From NCBI GenBank assembly GCA_951406725.2, contig OX597837.1, positions 19,282,001 through 19,346,000 on the forward strand: a DNA stretch of 64,000 bases, written 5' to 3'. The position numbers and the translations under genes were made by a program. The notes below the pieces were generated by a model. That model was not told where the DNA came from. It saw only the letters and a list, made by a program, of their open reading frames with translations, and searched no databases. Origin of the DNA: Octopus vulgaris (Eukaryota). This document shows positions 26,741 through 42,112 of this stretch, piece after piece; within the stretch, counting starts at the first letter, position 1, and every line of letters begins with the position of its first letter.

Positions 26741-27910
26741 CTTGACAGCTGTTTTGGGAACAGCATGACTTACGCCATAAGCACGTCCACAGATATTAAA
26801 TACCCACAATGTAGTAGGTGTATGTATAATAAAAATTTCTATAGATCGTTTAGGCGAGGCCAGGCCACTCCATCGAAAGAAAATGGTAAATGTGTATTTC
26901 ATAGCAGTGTTTACAAATGAAAAGGCTTACAGTGAATAGAATGGGGTTAGTAAGGAAAGAATAAGAGGCAAGAAAGGTAATAGTGAGAAGGTGGTGTGAC
27001 TAAAGAGGATTTTGTATAATGAAGGCATGACGGAAACCTGAGAGGGAAGAGATAAAGTCTATAGAAAAACCAGGACAGTTACAGGTGGTACCCGAGTTTC
27101 AGGAAAGCCATCGGCAGTAAATGTCGGTAGGGAGGTAAGTGGATTCATGCCAATCGTCAGGCATAGGGAGATATGGAACGTCGGTAAGAGTGGGAAGAGA
27201 GAAAGGGAGAGAGAGAGAGAGAAAAGAGAGAGAGGGAGAGAGAAAGAGAGAGAGAAAAGAGAGAAAGGGAGAGAGATTGAGGGAGAGAGAGAGAGAGATT
27301 TAGATAAATAGGGATAGAGAGAAAAAGAGAAAGGGAAGCAAGTTTTATGGTAAAAATTACAATAATTTAAGGCAATGAGAGAAAATTTTGCAGTTTTTAT
27401 GACGACACGTGAAAATCCCCAAAGAAGTGATCTAGGAGAGAGAGAAATCTCGTTGTGATGTAAAATAGCAACAAGTTTGGCAGGTTCGCCTGCTACTCGC
27501 GTAGGGACTTCTACCACAAACTATAACCAGGAAGATCATAGGGTGTTCCCTCGGTTTTGAGATAGTTTGAGATAATTTGAGTGGATTGTTTCGTGGCACT
27601 ATTAGAAAAAGAACTGAGGTGTGTAAAATAATGTAACTTACAACCACTCGTACAGCCAATATAGGTTGTGACAGCGTGTGCCACTGGGGTGGGGACTAAA
27701 CATTTATACACCACGTTATTGTGCAAACAATTGCCATTCAATGGACAATTGCGAACCTACAATTGTCTGTTATCCCATAGTAGGTTAAACGTAGCCTTTC
27801 ATCAGACTCGTGGTTACGGCATAAGCCATGGTGCACCCGAAACAGCTGTAAAGAAAGGCTATCATATAACTCCTTTTGTTTGTTTTGTTTCTTTATTCTG
27901 CACTCTGTAT
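26741..27910 (-). mobile_element. 5'-truncated Penelope-like element with degenerate hammerheads and an inverted terminal repeat
   Basis: Related motifs ..CCCAAAACAGCTGTC (minus, 26741-26795) and ..CCCGAAACAGCTGTA (plus, 27795-27860) flank the endonuclease remnant. Confidence 0.6.
27511..27780 (-). pseudogene. GIY-YIG endonuclease remnant of a Penelope-like element
   Basis: CPLNGNCLHNNVVYKCLV...TYIGCT...HLSSF fits the VVY...YIG form of PLE endonucleases. Confidence 0.8.
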
Positions 27911-29380
27911 TTTGTATTTCATGTAGGCATGTGCCTCTCTAATTCCAGACCATTTCGATGAGGATCGTTCATACAGCTAACTTTCGACGCTAGAAGCACC
28001 AGCCCTGAATAAAGGAGTTGCATTATAAGTTTTCGTCTATCTGACCAATGCTCCGTGGAGATCTAAACCACGCTTACTTCAAAGTTTTCCTCAACACCGT
28101 ACACACGCACACGCACAATATACATACATACATTTATAAATACATACCTATGCATTATACATATGCATACAAATACATACATATATGCATACACACATAT
28201 ATATACTGTATACCTGTATGTATACATATTTACACATGTGCGTGTATAAATGTATGCGTGCGTTCGCGCACATATATCATTACGCGCATGCAAACACAAA
28301 CACATACACACTTACACTCACTCATACACACACGCACACACACATGCGCGCGACACACAAAATATTTCTCTATATAAACATACCGTATGCTACCTGTGAA
28401 CCTACCAATAATTATCGATCTGTGAAATATTAATAACGATTGAACTATTTTTAACATTTGGAATTATTGCTAATGACGTAAACAAACTAATTAAATGTTG
28501 ACTGTGGTAATGGGAGTAGTGATTGTGGTGGCTGTGGTAGTGGCGCTGGTGGCGGTAGGGGATGGTAGTTGTGATCGTAGATGTGGTGGTAGTTGATGGT
28601 GGCTGTGGTTGCGGTGGTGGTGGAGGTGGTTGTGATGGTAATGGTGATGATAGTTGTTGATGTCCCTGTCGGATAAGTTATTGTCGTCTTCCAACGGAGC
28701 CCAACCCAGGTTGTTCTCCTCCTCGTCTCTATGGAAATAAGGCCATCTTTACTTTATGTTGCATAGACAGGATTGGGGGGGGGTAGTGGTAACGACTTAT
28801 GTAGGATCTTCAGGCGCTGCAGGGATGTGACGAGGCTTATATATTACAATGTAAACATCTGTCATTTAAAGTCTGTAGGGGGAAAAAATGGTAGCTGGGC
28901 GGTGGGTGGAAGACAAAATTCGATAGCATTGATATTGCGGGGGGAAAGGTTTGGACGAAACCTGGGGCGGTAAAAAGATCTTAAAAAGATCACTACAGAG
29001 AGGGCCTGCCGTACACCGTAAGCACCTCCCTTTTACGTTTTCTCCTCCCATTCCACTTCTTCCTTTCTCCACTGCCTCCTCCTTTTCCTCCCTGCCTCCT
29101 TTCCTTTCACTTCCTCTCGGTCTCGGACGGTGTCCGATTAAACAGTTATAAATCTTCAATATAGAGACACGACAATCCTTATTTTATCCACACAGCAGTC
29201 GAAATTTATGCACTGACTTCATTGTATACATACATGTAGAATGTATATACATACATACATACATACACATATATATGAGCATATATATACATATATATGT
29301 GTATATATATATATATATATACATATATAGATATATCTATACACACACACGCACATATATGCACTCACATATATGTTTAT

Positions 29381-29660
29381 ATGGCCTAGTGGTTAGGGTG
29401 TTGAACTCACGATCGCGAGACCGTGGTTTCAATTCTTATACCGGGTGCTGCGCAAAACAGTCCACCTCACGTTGCTCTGCAATCATTTCGACACCTGACG
29501 CGTGGTTCACCTTGCACATGTTCAGACAACGTTGATTTGATGGAGGAGAGTGAGGTAATATACAACACATCTATATGCTCGTCATAAACAAATCATTTGT
29601 GCAGGGCGTTCGGCAAAAGCTGGACGCTCGTACGTCATTTTCGACGGGAGAGGCCATTAT
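29381..29660 (+). mobile_element. SINE family C
   Basis: A box TAGTGGTTAGG and B-box-like GGTTTCAATTC; homologs at 2640 and 54955. Confidence 0.75.
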
Positions 29661-31704
29661 GCATAGAGGTATGATGATGCAAACAAGAAAAATAGAACTC
29701 AAAATATATGTATATGAATATGTTTATTAATATTTAGCGGAAGCAACAGAGCCACTCAAGGGCCGAGAATTTCGTGTCTTGGATAAGTGCTACACACACA
29801 CAAACACACACACGCGCGCGCGCGCGAACAATTATCATAACATGGAAAACCCATATTAGCCATTCAAAAATGATTAATATGTGTCTTCACGCAGTGATTG
29901 TTTTAATTTCATCTTAAGATGACACAAGGTCTGAGATCAAATCACTTACGAAGCAAGTACATCTTGGAAATATATATTCATATATAAATATATACATGTA
30001 TGTATATATACTTGAATACATACGTATATGTTTGCGCGCACGCGCGGTGTTTTCTTTCACTGAAGCTGTCAATGCAGTTCCTGATTATTATCGAAATATA
30101 AACGCTTCATCGAAACGTAAAATTCGTTGCATCAAATTTCTTTGTCCGACGAGTTTCTGACAGGAAATTTCTTACAAGTCCATCTATCATGTAAAAACTT
30201 GTAATTCCTATTATCAAATGAAAGACGTGTAATGGTGAATAAATGATACCAAAAGCATTTCCAATTTCCTGTCTTCTTATACAATAACTCTGCAAATAAT
30301 TTTCCCATAATTCTCAATTTCAAAATATAGCAGCAATTGCTATGTATTGGATTGTAATAATGGAATAAGAAAATGTGCTTCAAAAGCAAACAGCTGGTAC
30401 CTACTAACTACATTATATATATGTTTATTATTATTTTATATATATATGTATATATAGATGTAAACAGGGTTAACAGTTATAGTAACCGACTAAGGGATAA
30501 AATATCTGTATATACTATCGGTATTCGTTACCCGTGTTATCACCGAGCATTGGTGTGTAGGCTCACAACAGAATAAACAAGAATTTATATAGGATCCCCT
30601 AGACCATTACTAGCTTACTCTTTTACCTACCGACCCTGTAGCTCCTGATGGTAAACTATTTGCTCTTAACATATTGGGCTTCTAGACTATTTGTCCCCCA
30701 TATATATATATATATATATATATGTATTGGAAAATGGAGAAAACTACAGATTAATCAACACATCGATTGGACCACATTTATAGCTTATTTTTGATACAAA
30801 GTATGACGTAACAAAATAGGTTACGTAACAAATCTTACGGCCGTTACCAATCTTAAGAAGCTCGTATGATCATCTTGCAGAAGTACTCAGGTGCTTGTAA
30901 GATGAAGTTTTTTCACGTCTCCAAAGGAACGATTTTTGAAGCATGCATTGACCTCATCAGCTTTTGATCCTTTGGTGATACCTTTACTTTTTACTCTTTT
31001 ACTTGTTTCAGTCATTTGACTGCGGCCATACTGGATCATCTCTCTCCCTCTGTGTGTGTCTCACTCTTTAGATGTTTGTGTGAGTGTTTGTGTGAGTGTG
31101 AGTCGTCACAAAAATGTATGCATATACACACATACATACTCCGTCACATGCATTCACACATATATACTTCTCAGTCATCGGTGTAAAGTACGTAACGAAT
31201 GCGCTTGGTGGTGGTGGTGGTGGTGATGATGTTATAAAATGCCATTTACGATAGTTGACTTATAGAAAGATTATGTTAAATTTTTGAAGTGCAAATATGC
31301 AAATGAAAATAAAGTTTATTTGCTAGCCGAAATATTATTCAATTTTTTGATATCCCATACGTCAAAATCAACACACTAAGTTTTCGAATGCATAAGGAAC
31401 ATACGTACACACACATACGCAAACTCTGCTTTATTACTTTTTTTTTTTTACTTGTTTCAGTCATTTGACTGTGGCCATGCTGGGGTACTACCTTTAGTCG
31501 AGTAAATCAACCCCAGGACTAATTCTTTGTAAGCCTAGTACTTATTCTATCGGTCTGTTTTGCTGAACCGCTATGTTACGGGGACATAAACATCAGCATC
31601 GGTTGTCAAGCGATGTTAGGGGGACAAACACAGACACACATACATATACACACATACATACATATATACGTACATATATACATACATACATATATATATA
31701 TATA

Positions 31705-32235
31705 TCTATTATATAAAATCCGTTCTGTTTATCTGTGTGTGTGTCTTCTAGGATCTCGGGCATCCTCCATCCGATTGCGCTCAAATTTGATATGTAGATA
31801 CCGACGATATCATTGAAAAAATCGATTCCAGGTGAGAATGCGATCGATAAAGTCGTTTTTGTCGTGCTTTTCTTCCGTCAAACTGTACATAACTGCACCT
31901 TCCATTTTTTGTTGTTTTTGTGCTGCTAAAAGGCACGTTTCTTTCCTGACAAGCTTACTGTTTAAACCATGTTTGTGTTCTCCCAGTCAACAGCCTTATC
32001 ATTACTGGTACTTTAAATTCTTCGGTTGCATATTTGTGTGGATAAAGTCGTTTTTCTTTGGAATAGAAAAAAAATGTCTATCTCCATTTCTCCTTTTGCT
32101 GGAGTTTCAAATTTAGGTAAATCAGTGTTTCTCAAAGGGGAGGCCTATCGGACGGTCGGACTAGTTGTTTTGAGAAAATTTGGTTTAAACGTTTGACAAC
32201 TCAGCACCGTCCATTGGACGGGGGACGTTTTGCTC

Positions 32236-32236
<1 letters not shown>
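31705..32236 (+). mobile_element. Non-autonomous Helitron-like element
   Basis: Begins A|TCTATTATATAAAA; subterminal hairpin CCGTCCA-T-TGGACGG; ends CTCG|T (variant of CTAG); no TSD. Confidence 0.7.
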
Positions 32237-32288
<52 letters not shown>

Positions 32289-32289
32289 C

Positions 32290-33085
<796 letters not shown>

Positions 33086-33526
33086 TATATATATATATAT
33101 GTATGTATGTATATATGTACGTATATATGTATGTATGTGTGTATATGTATGTGTGTCTGTGTTTGTCCCCCTAACATCGCTTGACAACCGATGCTGATGT
33201 TTATGTCCCCGTAACATAGCGGTTCAGCAAAACAGACCGATAGAATAAGTACTAGGCTTACAAAGAATTAGTCCTGGGGTTGATTTACTCGACTAAAGGT
33301 AGTACCCAGCATGGCCACAGTCAAATGACTGAAACAAGTAAAAAATAAAAAAAGTAATAAAGCAGAGTTTGCGTATATGTGTGTACGTATGTTCCTTATG
33401 CATTCGAAAACTTAGTGTGTTGATTTTGACGTATGGGATATCAAAAAATTGAATAATATTTCGGCTAGCAAATAAACTTTATTTTCATTTGCATATTTGC
33501 ACTTCAAAAATTATATATATATATAT

Positions 33527-33672
33527 ACGACGGGCTTCTTTCAGTTTCCATCTGCCAAATCCACTTATAAGGCTTTGGTCGGCCCGAGGCTATAGTAGAA
33601 AAGACTTGCCCAAGGTGCCACGCAGTTGGACTGAACCCAGAATCATGTGGTTAGTAAGCAAGCTACTTACCA
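33527..33672 (-). mobile_element. SINE family B 5' half, partner of the 3' half at 31448-31640
   Basis: Same orientation; resumes immediately after the palindrome. Confidence 0.85.
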
Positions 33673-33694
33673 CTTATATATGTATTCTTTTATT

Positions 33695-34055
33695 CTTTTA
33701 CTTGTTTCCGTCGTTAGTCTGCGGCCATGTCGAATCACCGCCTTGAAGGGTTTTAATCGAGCAAATCAACCCCAGGAATTATTTCTGAAGCATCGTACTT
33801 ATTCTATCGGTGCCTTTTGCCGAACCGCTATTTTATGGGGGCGTAAACACACCAACACTCGTTGTGAAGTGAGGTGGGGAGTAATACATACACACACACA
33901 CACACACACACACAAGCATGCACATATATTCGAGGAGCTTCTTTTCAGTTTCCATCTACCAAATTCACTTACAAGGCATTGATCAGCCTGAGGCTATAGT
34001 CGAAGGCACTTGTCCAAGGTGCCACGCAGTGGGACTGAACCCGGAACCATGCTTC
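33695..34055 (-). mobile_element. SINE family B
   Basis: Reverse complement of family B. Confidence 0.85.
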
Positions 34056-34190
34056 TTACGTACATACATCACAATCTAATGTATATTTAAGGATATGAAA
34101 ATAGATTCGAGTAATGGCTGTAATAACTCGATGCAATCGTTTTAGCTTCAGACAGACATTATGACCGAGTCACCAACTACCCAAACTGTA

Positions 34191-34239
<49 letters not shown>

Positions 34240-34240
34240 G

Positions 34241-34310
<70 letters not shown>

Positions 34311-34411
34311 GGAGTAAACACATAAATGTGAAACAAGGTGAAAAAAGAGTACTCAAATACCAGTGGTAGAGTAATATGCTTTATTTTAAGCAGCAGAAAA
34401 TTCAACAAAAT

Positions 34412-34449
34412 CTGTTACTCTGAGTTTCTCATTGCCGTTCATCAGACAG
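34412..34449 (-). ncRNA. Minimal type I hammerhead motif in a (TA)n-embedded repeat (34309-34460)
   Basis: Minus strand CTGT-CTGATGA-ACGGCAATGA-GAAA-CTCAGAG-TA-ACAG; helix II weakened. Confidence 0.7.
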
Positions 34450-34524
34450 TTTTTGCTAGAAATATATATATATATATACACACATACCTATATATGCATA
34501 CGTATGTGTTTGTGTGTGTGAGTG

Positions 34525-34619
<95 letters not shown>

Positions 34620-34714
34620 ATATACTCACAAACACAAACATATGTAGATTCAATATACGTGTGTATATATAAGTGTGTGTGTATGTGTGTACCTGTGTTT
34701 CTGTGTGTGTTTGT

Positions 34715-34873
34715 AGGCGGAGTTATGCCTGTGTGGTAAGAAGCTTGTTTCCCAATCACATGGTTCCGGGTTCAGTCCCACTGCGTGGCACCTTGGGAAA
34801 CTGTCTTCTACTATAGCATCGGGTTGACCAAACCCTTGTTAGTGGAATTAGTGGACGGAAATTGGAAGCCCAT

Positions 34874-34971
<98 letters not shown>

Positions 34972-35140
34972 CACGAAGTTTTGTCAGTGAACAGGTCGCG
35001 GTCTTAAATTTAAATGTTGAAGTGAATCTAACGGTTTTGTGTGTTTCTTAAATGGCTTATAAACACCTTCCACGCTGCAATTGTTTTCGTTCCAGCACAC
35101 GATCTCAGATCAAGTCACTTGCCCTGCAAGTACATCTCCG

Positions 35141-35209
<69 letters not shown>

Positions 35210-35535
35210 ATATATATACACATACACACTCACATATATGTATGTATGTATCTTTGTATGTATGTATGTATGTATGTATGTATGTATGTATGTATGTATG
35301 TATGTATGTATGTATATATATATGTGTGTGTGTTTCTGTCTGTGCTTGTCCACACACTACCGCTTGAAAACTGGTAGTAGTGTGTTTACTTCCCCGGAAA
35401 CAGCAGTTCGGCAAAATAGTTCGATAGAATAAGTACTACGCTTAAAAAAATAATTCATGTTGTTCATTTGTTCCAATAAAAGCCTTCAAGGCGGTGCCCC
35501 AGCATGGTCGCTGTCAAATGACTAAAAGAAGTAAA

Positions 35536-35540
<5 letters not shown>
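34715..35540 (+). mobile_element. SINE family B with an expanded internal microsatellite carrying a foreign insert (34970-35143)
   Basis: 5' half 34715-34875; 3' half 35335-35540. Confidence 0.85.
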
Positions 35541-35578
<38 letters not shown>

Positions 35579-36354
35579 ATATGAAAATGTGGTTGGTAAT
35601 GTATATTTATATATATGTATGTACATGTATCCATAGAAATATACGTATATATATATTCATAGCTATATGCATGTGCGCATATATGTGTGCGTGTGCAACT
35701 GTATCTGTGTAAATACACATACAAGAACACACACAGGCACACACACACACGTACAGAAGCACACGTACACACACATGTGTAATGTAAAGATGTTGAAGTG
35801 ATTGCGTTGATTACAATATGATTGAGGCTGAATGCAAAGCAATTGTTGGAGTCGACAGCTGTGTAAAGATCACAAAACAATAATGTTGACAGAGATTCTA
35901 TGAAGAAATTGGTAAATTTGTGCAACATCATTAGAATTGCCGTGTGCGGACATTAAATTGGCGGAAATTTCTGAGAATGGTAAGAATTAGTGAAATGTTG
36001 GCGATGTAAACAGCAATAACAGGAGAGTTAACAACAACATTGTTAACCTGTGAAGGAAAGATTAATCCTGGCTTTGGTGATGGAGATGGTGGTGGTGGTG
36101 ATGCTGATGGTAATAATGGTTGTGTTGGTGGCGGCGGTTGAGCGGAATGTGATGGTGGTGTTGTTGTTCGTGTCTGCACTGGTGTTTGGTGGTGCTTGTT
36201 TAGTGGTACTGGTGAGGGTGGCGGTTATTGTGACGACAGAGAATACGATGGTTGTGTTAGTATTGGTAATGGTGCAGCTTGTAGCTAATTCAAGTATTAG
36301 GTTGGTGAATGGTTAGAATCTAGAGATCGATGAAAATGTTATTCTGTACATTAT

Positions 36355-36712
36355 AGGCGAAGGCGTGGCTGTATGGTAAAAAGGTTGCTCTCAAAACTCA
36401 TACTTCCGGGTTCACTCCCACTGCACAGCACCGTGGAGGAAAATGTCTTCTATTAAAGCCTTGAGTAGATTTGGTAGACGAAAATGCAGCAGCATGACCA
36501 GTGTTTTGATTTTAGACCGTCTGCCAAAATTATGATGTCAAAATTTCCGTTGCTCGAAACTGCGACTTGGTCATTGTCAACGTTGTTGCTCTTCGTCAAC
36601 CCTGCCTGTGACAAGGTCGCGGTTTTGAGCCATACTACAAACGATAAATGTTTAACTGAAGTTAACAGTCTTTGTGTGTTTCTGAATGCCCGACATATGT
36701 GTTCCACGCTGC

Positions 36713-36757
<45 letters not shown>

Positions 36758-37835
36758 AGAACAATGGGGTGGGTATATTGGGTGGGTATATTGTTGCCAA
36801 TTTATATTTTTAATTTCGCTCATGCTCAGTGTTTGTTTTCGACTTTGTCGACTACACTGTCTGTGAGAAAAACAGCACCATCACACAATTCATTCTGCCA
36901 GAAATTTGTAAACGGCATGCTGTACTACTTGGCATTCACATCAGAAACTCAAATACGAACATTTTAGAGTGGTTGGGTGTCAATCTGAGGACATGCACCG
37001 AGAATAATAAAAATCAAACATCCAGTCAACATCAAGGTGTTTGGATTGATCACTAGTGATGGTGACGTTATGCCTCCATTCATCTTCCCACACGGCATGA
37101 GAATCAATACGGTGTCCAAATTGAGTGCTTGGAGGAGGTAGTGCTGCCCTTGGAAGACCCTGCTGGAAGACCCTATGTTTGGCAACAAGGCTCTGCACCA
37201 TGCCACACAATCAGGAGAACTTAACATCACCCCTAACATCTCGCCACCTAACTCCCCAAACTGCAGCCCCCTTGATTATTTTGTGTGGCGCGCAGTTAAG
37301 CGAGAGACCAACAAAACTCCTTGTAACACCAAAGACAAACTGAAGCCAAGGGTTATGGCATCATTCACCAACTTAAACAATAAGACCGTCCAGAAGAGTT
37401 TCAGGAGATTCCGAAGTCATCTGGAGGCCGTGGTTGAAGCCAATGGTAATTTTATTGAACAAATTTACTCTTTGGTATTTCAAGATATTTTTATATAATT
37501 TTGGTAGACATATCTGTTAAAATGAGAGGTCAGTGTTATTTTCATTTTTGTGTAATTTAGACGACAATTTACTCACCGACGCTGTGTGCGCGCGTGTGTG
37601 TGTATGTGTGTGAGAGAGTGTTTTCATGTTTGTATTTGACCTCCATGATCACTTGACAACCGGTGTTGGTTTGTTTGCGTCAACGTAACATAGCGGTTCC
37701 GTAAAAGGTGATTGATTGGATTAGTACCGTGCTTTAAAAATAAATATTGGATTCGATTTATTTGACTAAAAATCTTTCAAGTCGGTGATCCAGCTTGGCC
37801 GTAGTACACTGACTGAAGCAACTAAAAATATAAGA
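36355..37835 (+). mobile_element. SINE family B split by nested insertions
   Basis: 5' half 36355-36490; 3' half 37620-37835. Confidence 0.75.
36761..37584 (+). mobile_element. Second copy of the deleted Tc1/mariner element
   Basis: Homologous to 2865-3722; SPPNSPNCSPLDYFVWRAV..RSHLEAVVEANG. Confidence 0.9.
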
Positions 37836-38061
37836 TAAAGGGAGAAAGTGCATTTCACATATTGCATGAAGTGAAATACTTATGCGGATGGACCAAACGA
37901 ATTTTAGAAAATATAAATTCGTCGGACCAATTATATATCATAAAGTAGTGTGCGGAGGAAGTTTAAGCTTTTGAACATGTTTTTATTTTTAAACAATTCT
38001 TTCTTTCTGCGGTTATTAGAGATTTCTTGGCGATTTTATTGAATGAATTTGCATTATTATT

Positions 38062-38201
<140 letters not shown>

Positions 38202-38203
38202 GC

Positions 38204-38299
<96 letters not shown>

Positions 38300-38808
38300 A
38301 TAATAATGCAATACAAATGTATCACTTTTCAGTAAATATTGGTGCCTTGTTGTACCATTTATCTACTTTATATATATATGTGTGTGTGTGTGAGTGTGTG
38401 TGTGTGAGTGTGTGTGTGTATACATGTACATATATCCACACAAACGCAAACACACAGACACATATGCATCCACATAGAAATATGTATGGAGTGAGACGCA
38501 AATATGCAATGTGCTTACGTCTGCTAAATCCCCTCCCTGTTTTAGCCTCATCCTTAGACATTCCTTTCTTTGCAGATAATCAATTGTTATGAAGAAAATA
38601 CAATGAACTGAGGGAGGTGTATTCGACGGGAATTGAACCACTCATTTCGAGAATAGTATTACATTTTTCTTCAATATAATCTTTTGATTTCAAGAGTAAA
38701 AATGTGATTGGAGCTTTATTTCGTCAGCCTGTCATTTAACTTCATCACGAATACGTGACGATATGATTGATTTATACGGATTTTACCCAGTAACTCAATT
38801 CTCGCACG

Positions 38809-38882
<74 letters not shown>

Positions 38883-38903
38883 GTCTGTCTGTCTATCTGT
38901 CTG

Positions 38904-38966
<63 letters not shown>

Positions 38967-39174
38967 GTCTGTGTGTCTGTTTGTCTGTGTCTGTCTGTCT
39001 GTCTGTGTTCATCGTTCTCTGCGTCTCACATCTCTATCTCGTTCTCTTTCTCTCGCTTTCTTTTTATATACATATTTACTCTCTCTCTCTTACACGCACG
39101 CACACACACATACACACACACACACATACATAAATGTCTGTGTGTATATAAGATATAACTAAATATTTCTGAAT

Positions 39175-39252
<78 letters not shown>

Positions 39253-40774
39253 GTATACACGCACATGCATAAATGTGTATACATACAAGATACATACATG
39301 CTTGCATATATATATATATATATTTGTATTTCTTCGACCGAAACTGTAAGGATAATCTGGAAATTTAACTGAGAAGAAAAGGCCACGAATTGCTCGGCCT
39401 TGTTTTGTCCTGTCTATCTTTTTATTGGTTTCCTGTCCGTTTTCGTATCGTCTATCCATCCAGATGTTTTATTGTTATCTGTTGCGTTCTTGTTCCATTT
39501 TTGGATTTGTTCAATCGCAAGCACAGATTTTTCTATTTATTTTTTAACTAAACAGTTTGAAACTTCGGATACTGGTTGAACGTGTCACGTAGAACACGGT
39601 TTACTCTTAGCGTTTTTGACAAAATTTTGTCTTTTAGAAGTTATTTCGTGTTAAGTTATTTCGTGTTAAGGTAATTCTAACCCATCAATGACGTGTATTC
39701 AGCTGAAGAAAGTTACTCTGGCTGTTTGCAAACAACTTCCGGCTGATTATCTTTTCAAAATTATTACTAAGACAGGCCAACGACGGAGCCTGTATGTGGT
39801 TGCATAACCTGTTAGACAAAGTAGCCAAACTTTTGTATATACAGAACAGAAAAAAAGCTCTGACATATTCAACCAGTATCCGAAGTCTCACACTGTTTAG
39901 TTGAAAAAAAATTAATTAAAAAACCTATGATGAGATTGACAAGATACGTGAAACTACTCCCATACATCACTGGAATTAGTCATAATATGTACCGAGTTCC
40001 CATAATATTTTCTATTTATTTCGTACGAAAATCTGAATGAATTACGCTAGTCAAAGAAATCCCAATATCTGGAATATGGATACTTGCTATCTTTTATTCT
40101 TTCAACTTTTCTTTAACTTTAGCTGCTTCATAATTCAGTGAAGAATATTGTTTTAACCACAGAATAGCTCTGATTGTAATGGATCTGTGAGAAAAGGCGT
40201 TCCGGCCATGACTCTTTTGTCTTATTCTTCTCTAGAAGTAATGAATTCCTAAGCGAACATTATAAGATAATATAAACTTGCTTTATTTTTTTTTCTTGAA
40301 GACAGAAATTTCATTTTCCTTTTTGTCAGGAAGATTTGGTTGCTCTTTCTACCAACTCGAGCGACCAGGTAAAGGCTCTCTCGTTGTCTCGTCTCGTTTC
40401 TTTCGTTAACTCTTGTTTAGTCCCGAGTTAGATCTGATTGAACAGATATGATCAAAGACGTCCCAACTGTGACCATTCCCTCTTTCTTCCCTGACATAAT
40501 GGACACTACGTGTAAATCATAGGATTGAGGTATTTCTAATCCGTATATAAAAAAGTTAGGCTACTTTTTCTAGCAGGTCATGCAACCACATACAGGCTCT
40601 GTCGCTGGTCTGTATTTGTAATAATTTTGTTGCTATTTAGCCTCAAATTAACCCTGATACAGCAAACCTATCATCAAATACATTCCAGCCTTCAGTAAAC
40701 AGTCTTTTTAGGGATAAACTAGGACATTATGTAGTATGGGCATATGATTTAGGTAGGGGGATACTTTGACTGCT

Positions 40775-40840
<66 letters not shown>

Positions 40841-40891
40841 GTATATATATGTATGTATATATATATATATGTATATATATGTATATATATA

Positions 40892-40945
<54 letters not shown>

Positions 40946-40947
<2 letters not shown>

Positions 40948-41460
40948 AGAGTAAGCACATAAATGTGAAACAAGGTGGAAAAAAGAGTACTCAAATACCA
41001 GAGGTAGAGTAATATGCTTTACTTAAAAGCAGCAGAAATATAACAAAAGCTGTTACCCAGAGTTTCACGTTCCCGTTCGTCGGACAGTTTTGTTAACACA
41101 AAATCTTCCGCACTTTTAAATTCTTCCATAAATCTAAATGTAAATTCACCCCCTCCACGAACCCTACATACAAGCCTCCATGATCGTTAACACATACCCC
41201 TCTATATCTCTTCTATCAACATTACCTCATCACTTTATAAGATAAATGTTTATTCTCTAATTTATTTTTAAACCTTAACCTAATTTATTTCCCCAATATT
41301 TAATTCTAACTCCTACTTCTAATTAAGTTAACATTCAACAAGTTTCTCCATTCACGACTACCTACACACCCATAACCCCACTGCTAAAAATAATTCTACG
41401 GCTACTGACCTTAGAACGGACACAAGCATTTATTTTCTAGATTTCTTCCCCAAACCCTAT
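40946..41460 (-). mobile_element. Penelope pseudo-LTR-like repeat with hammerhead (41050-41087)
   Basis: Homologous to 34309-34460; minus strand CTGT-CCGACGA-ACGGGAACGT-GAAA-CTCTGGG-TA-ACAG. Confidence 0.7.
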
Positions 41461-41475
41461 TGACTAGAAGAATAC

Positions 41476-41710
41476 TTATTTCTTTATTACCCACAATGGG
41501 CTAAACACAGAGGGGACAAACAAGGACAGACATAGGTATTAAGTCGATTACATCGACCCCAGTGCGTAACGGGTACTTAATTTATCGACCACGAAAGGAT
41601 GAAAGGCAAAGTCGACCTCGGCGGAATTTGAACTCACGACGTAACGGCAGACGAAATACCGCTAAGCATTTCGCCCAGCGTGCTAACGTTTCTGCCAGCT
41701 CACCGCCTTC
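41476..41710 (-). mobile_element. SINE family A, full length, with 14-bp TSD
   Basis: GACTAGAAGAATAC at 41462-41475 and 41711-41724. Confidence 0.95.
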
Positions 41711-41949
41711 GACTAGAAGAATACCACTGGCACCAACTATTCTCTTTAAATTCCCTTCATTTTGCTTTATTTTGTTTATTTTGTTTTTTTCACGCATTCT
41801 TCCTTTACCTCCTTCTCCTCTCTCTTATCTTCTTGGCTATTTTTGTACACTATATTCTTAGACAATATATCTTTATATACCTTACTTTATATGGTGGCGT
41901 GCATGGAAAGGTAAGCATGCAATACTACGCCCGGAGAAAATAAGAAGTT

Positions 41950-42075
41950 GCTATTAACGACGCAAGAAGTGGCCGTCCAATCACATTCCGATCAGCGGAG
42001 AACGTGGCCGCAGTGCAGGAAGTTTAATCGCAGCCCGCAAAAATCAACATGTCAAGCAGCTCGAGAAAGTGGACT
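41950..42075 (+). mobile_element. Tc1/mariner transposase N-terminal fragment
   Basis: DARSGRPITFRSAENVAAVQE / SPQKSTCQAARESGL (GRP and HTH region). Confidence 0.7.
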
Positions 42076-42112
42076 TTTTTAGTCCACTTTCTCGAGCTGC
42101 TTGACATGTTGA
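42044..42112. repeat. Perfect 32-bp hairpin with a 5-nt T loop
   Basis: TCAACATGTCAAGCAGCTCGAGAAAGTGGACT-TTTTT-exact reverse complement. Confidence 0.97.
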
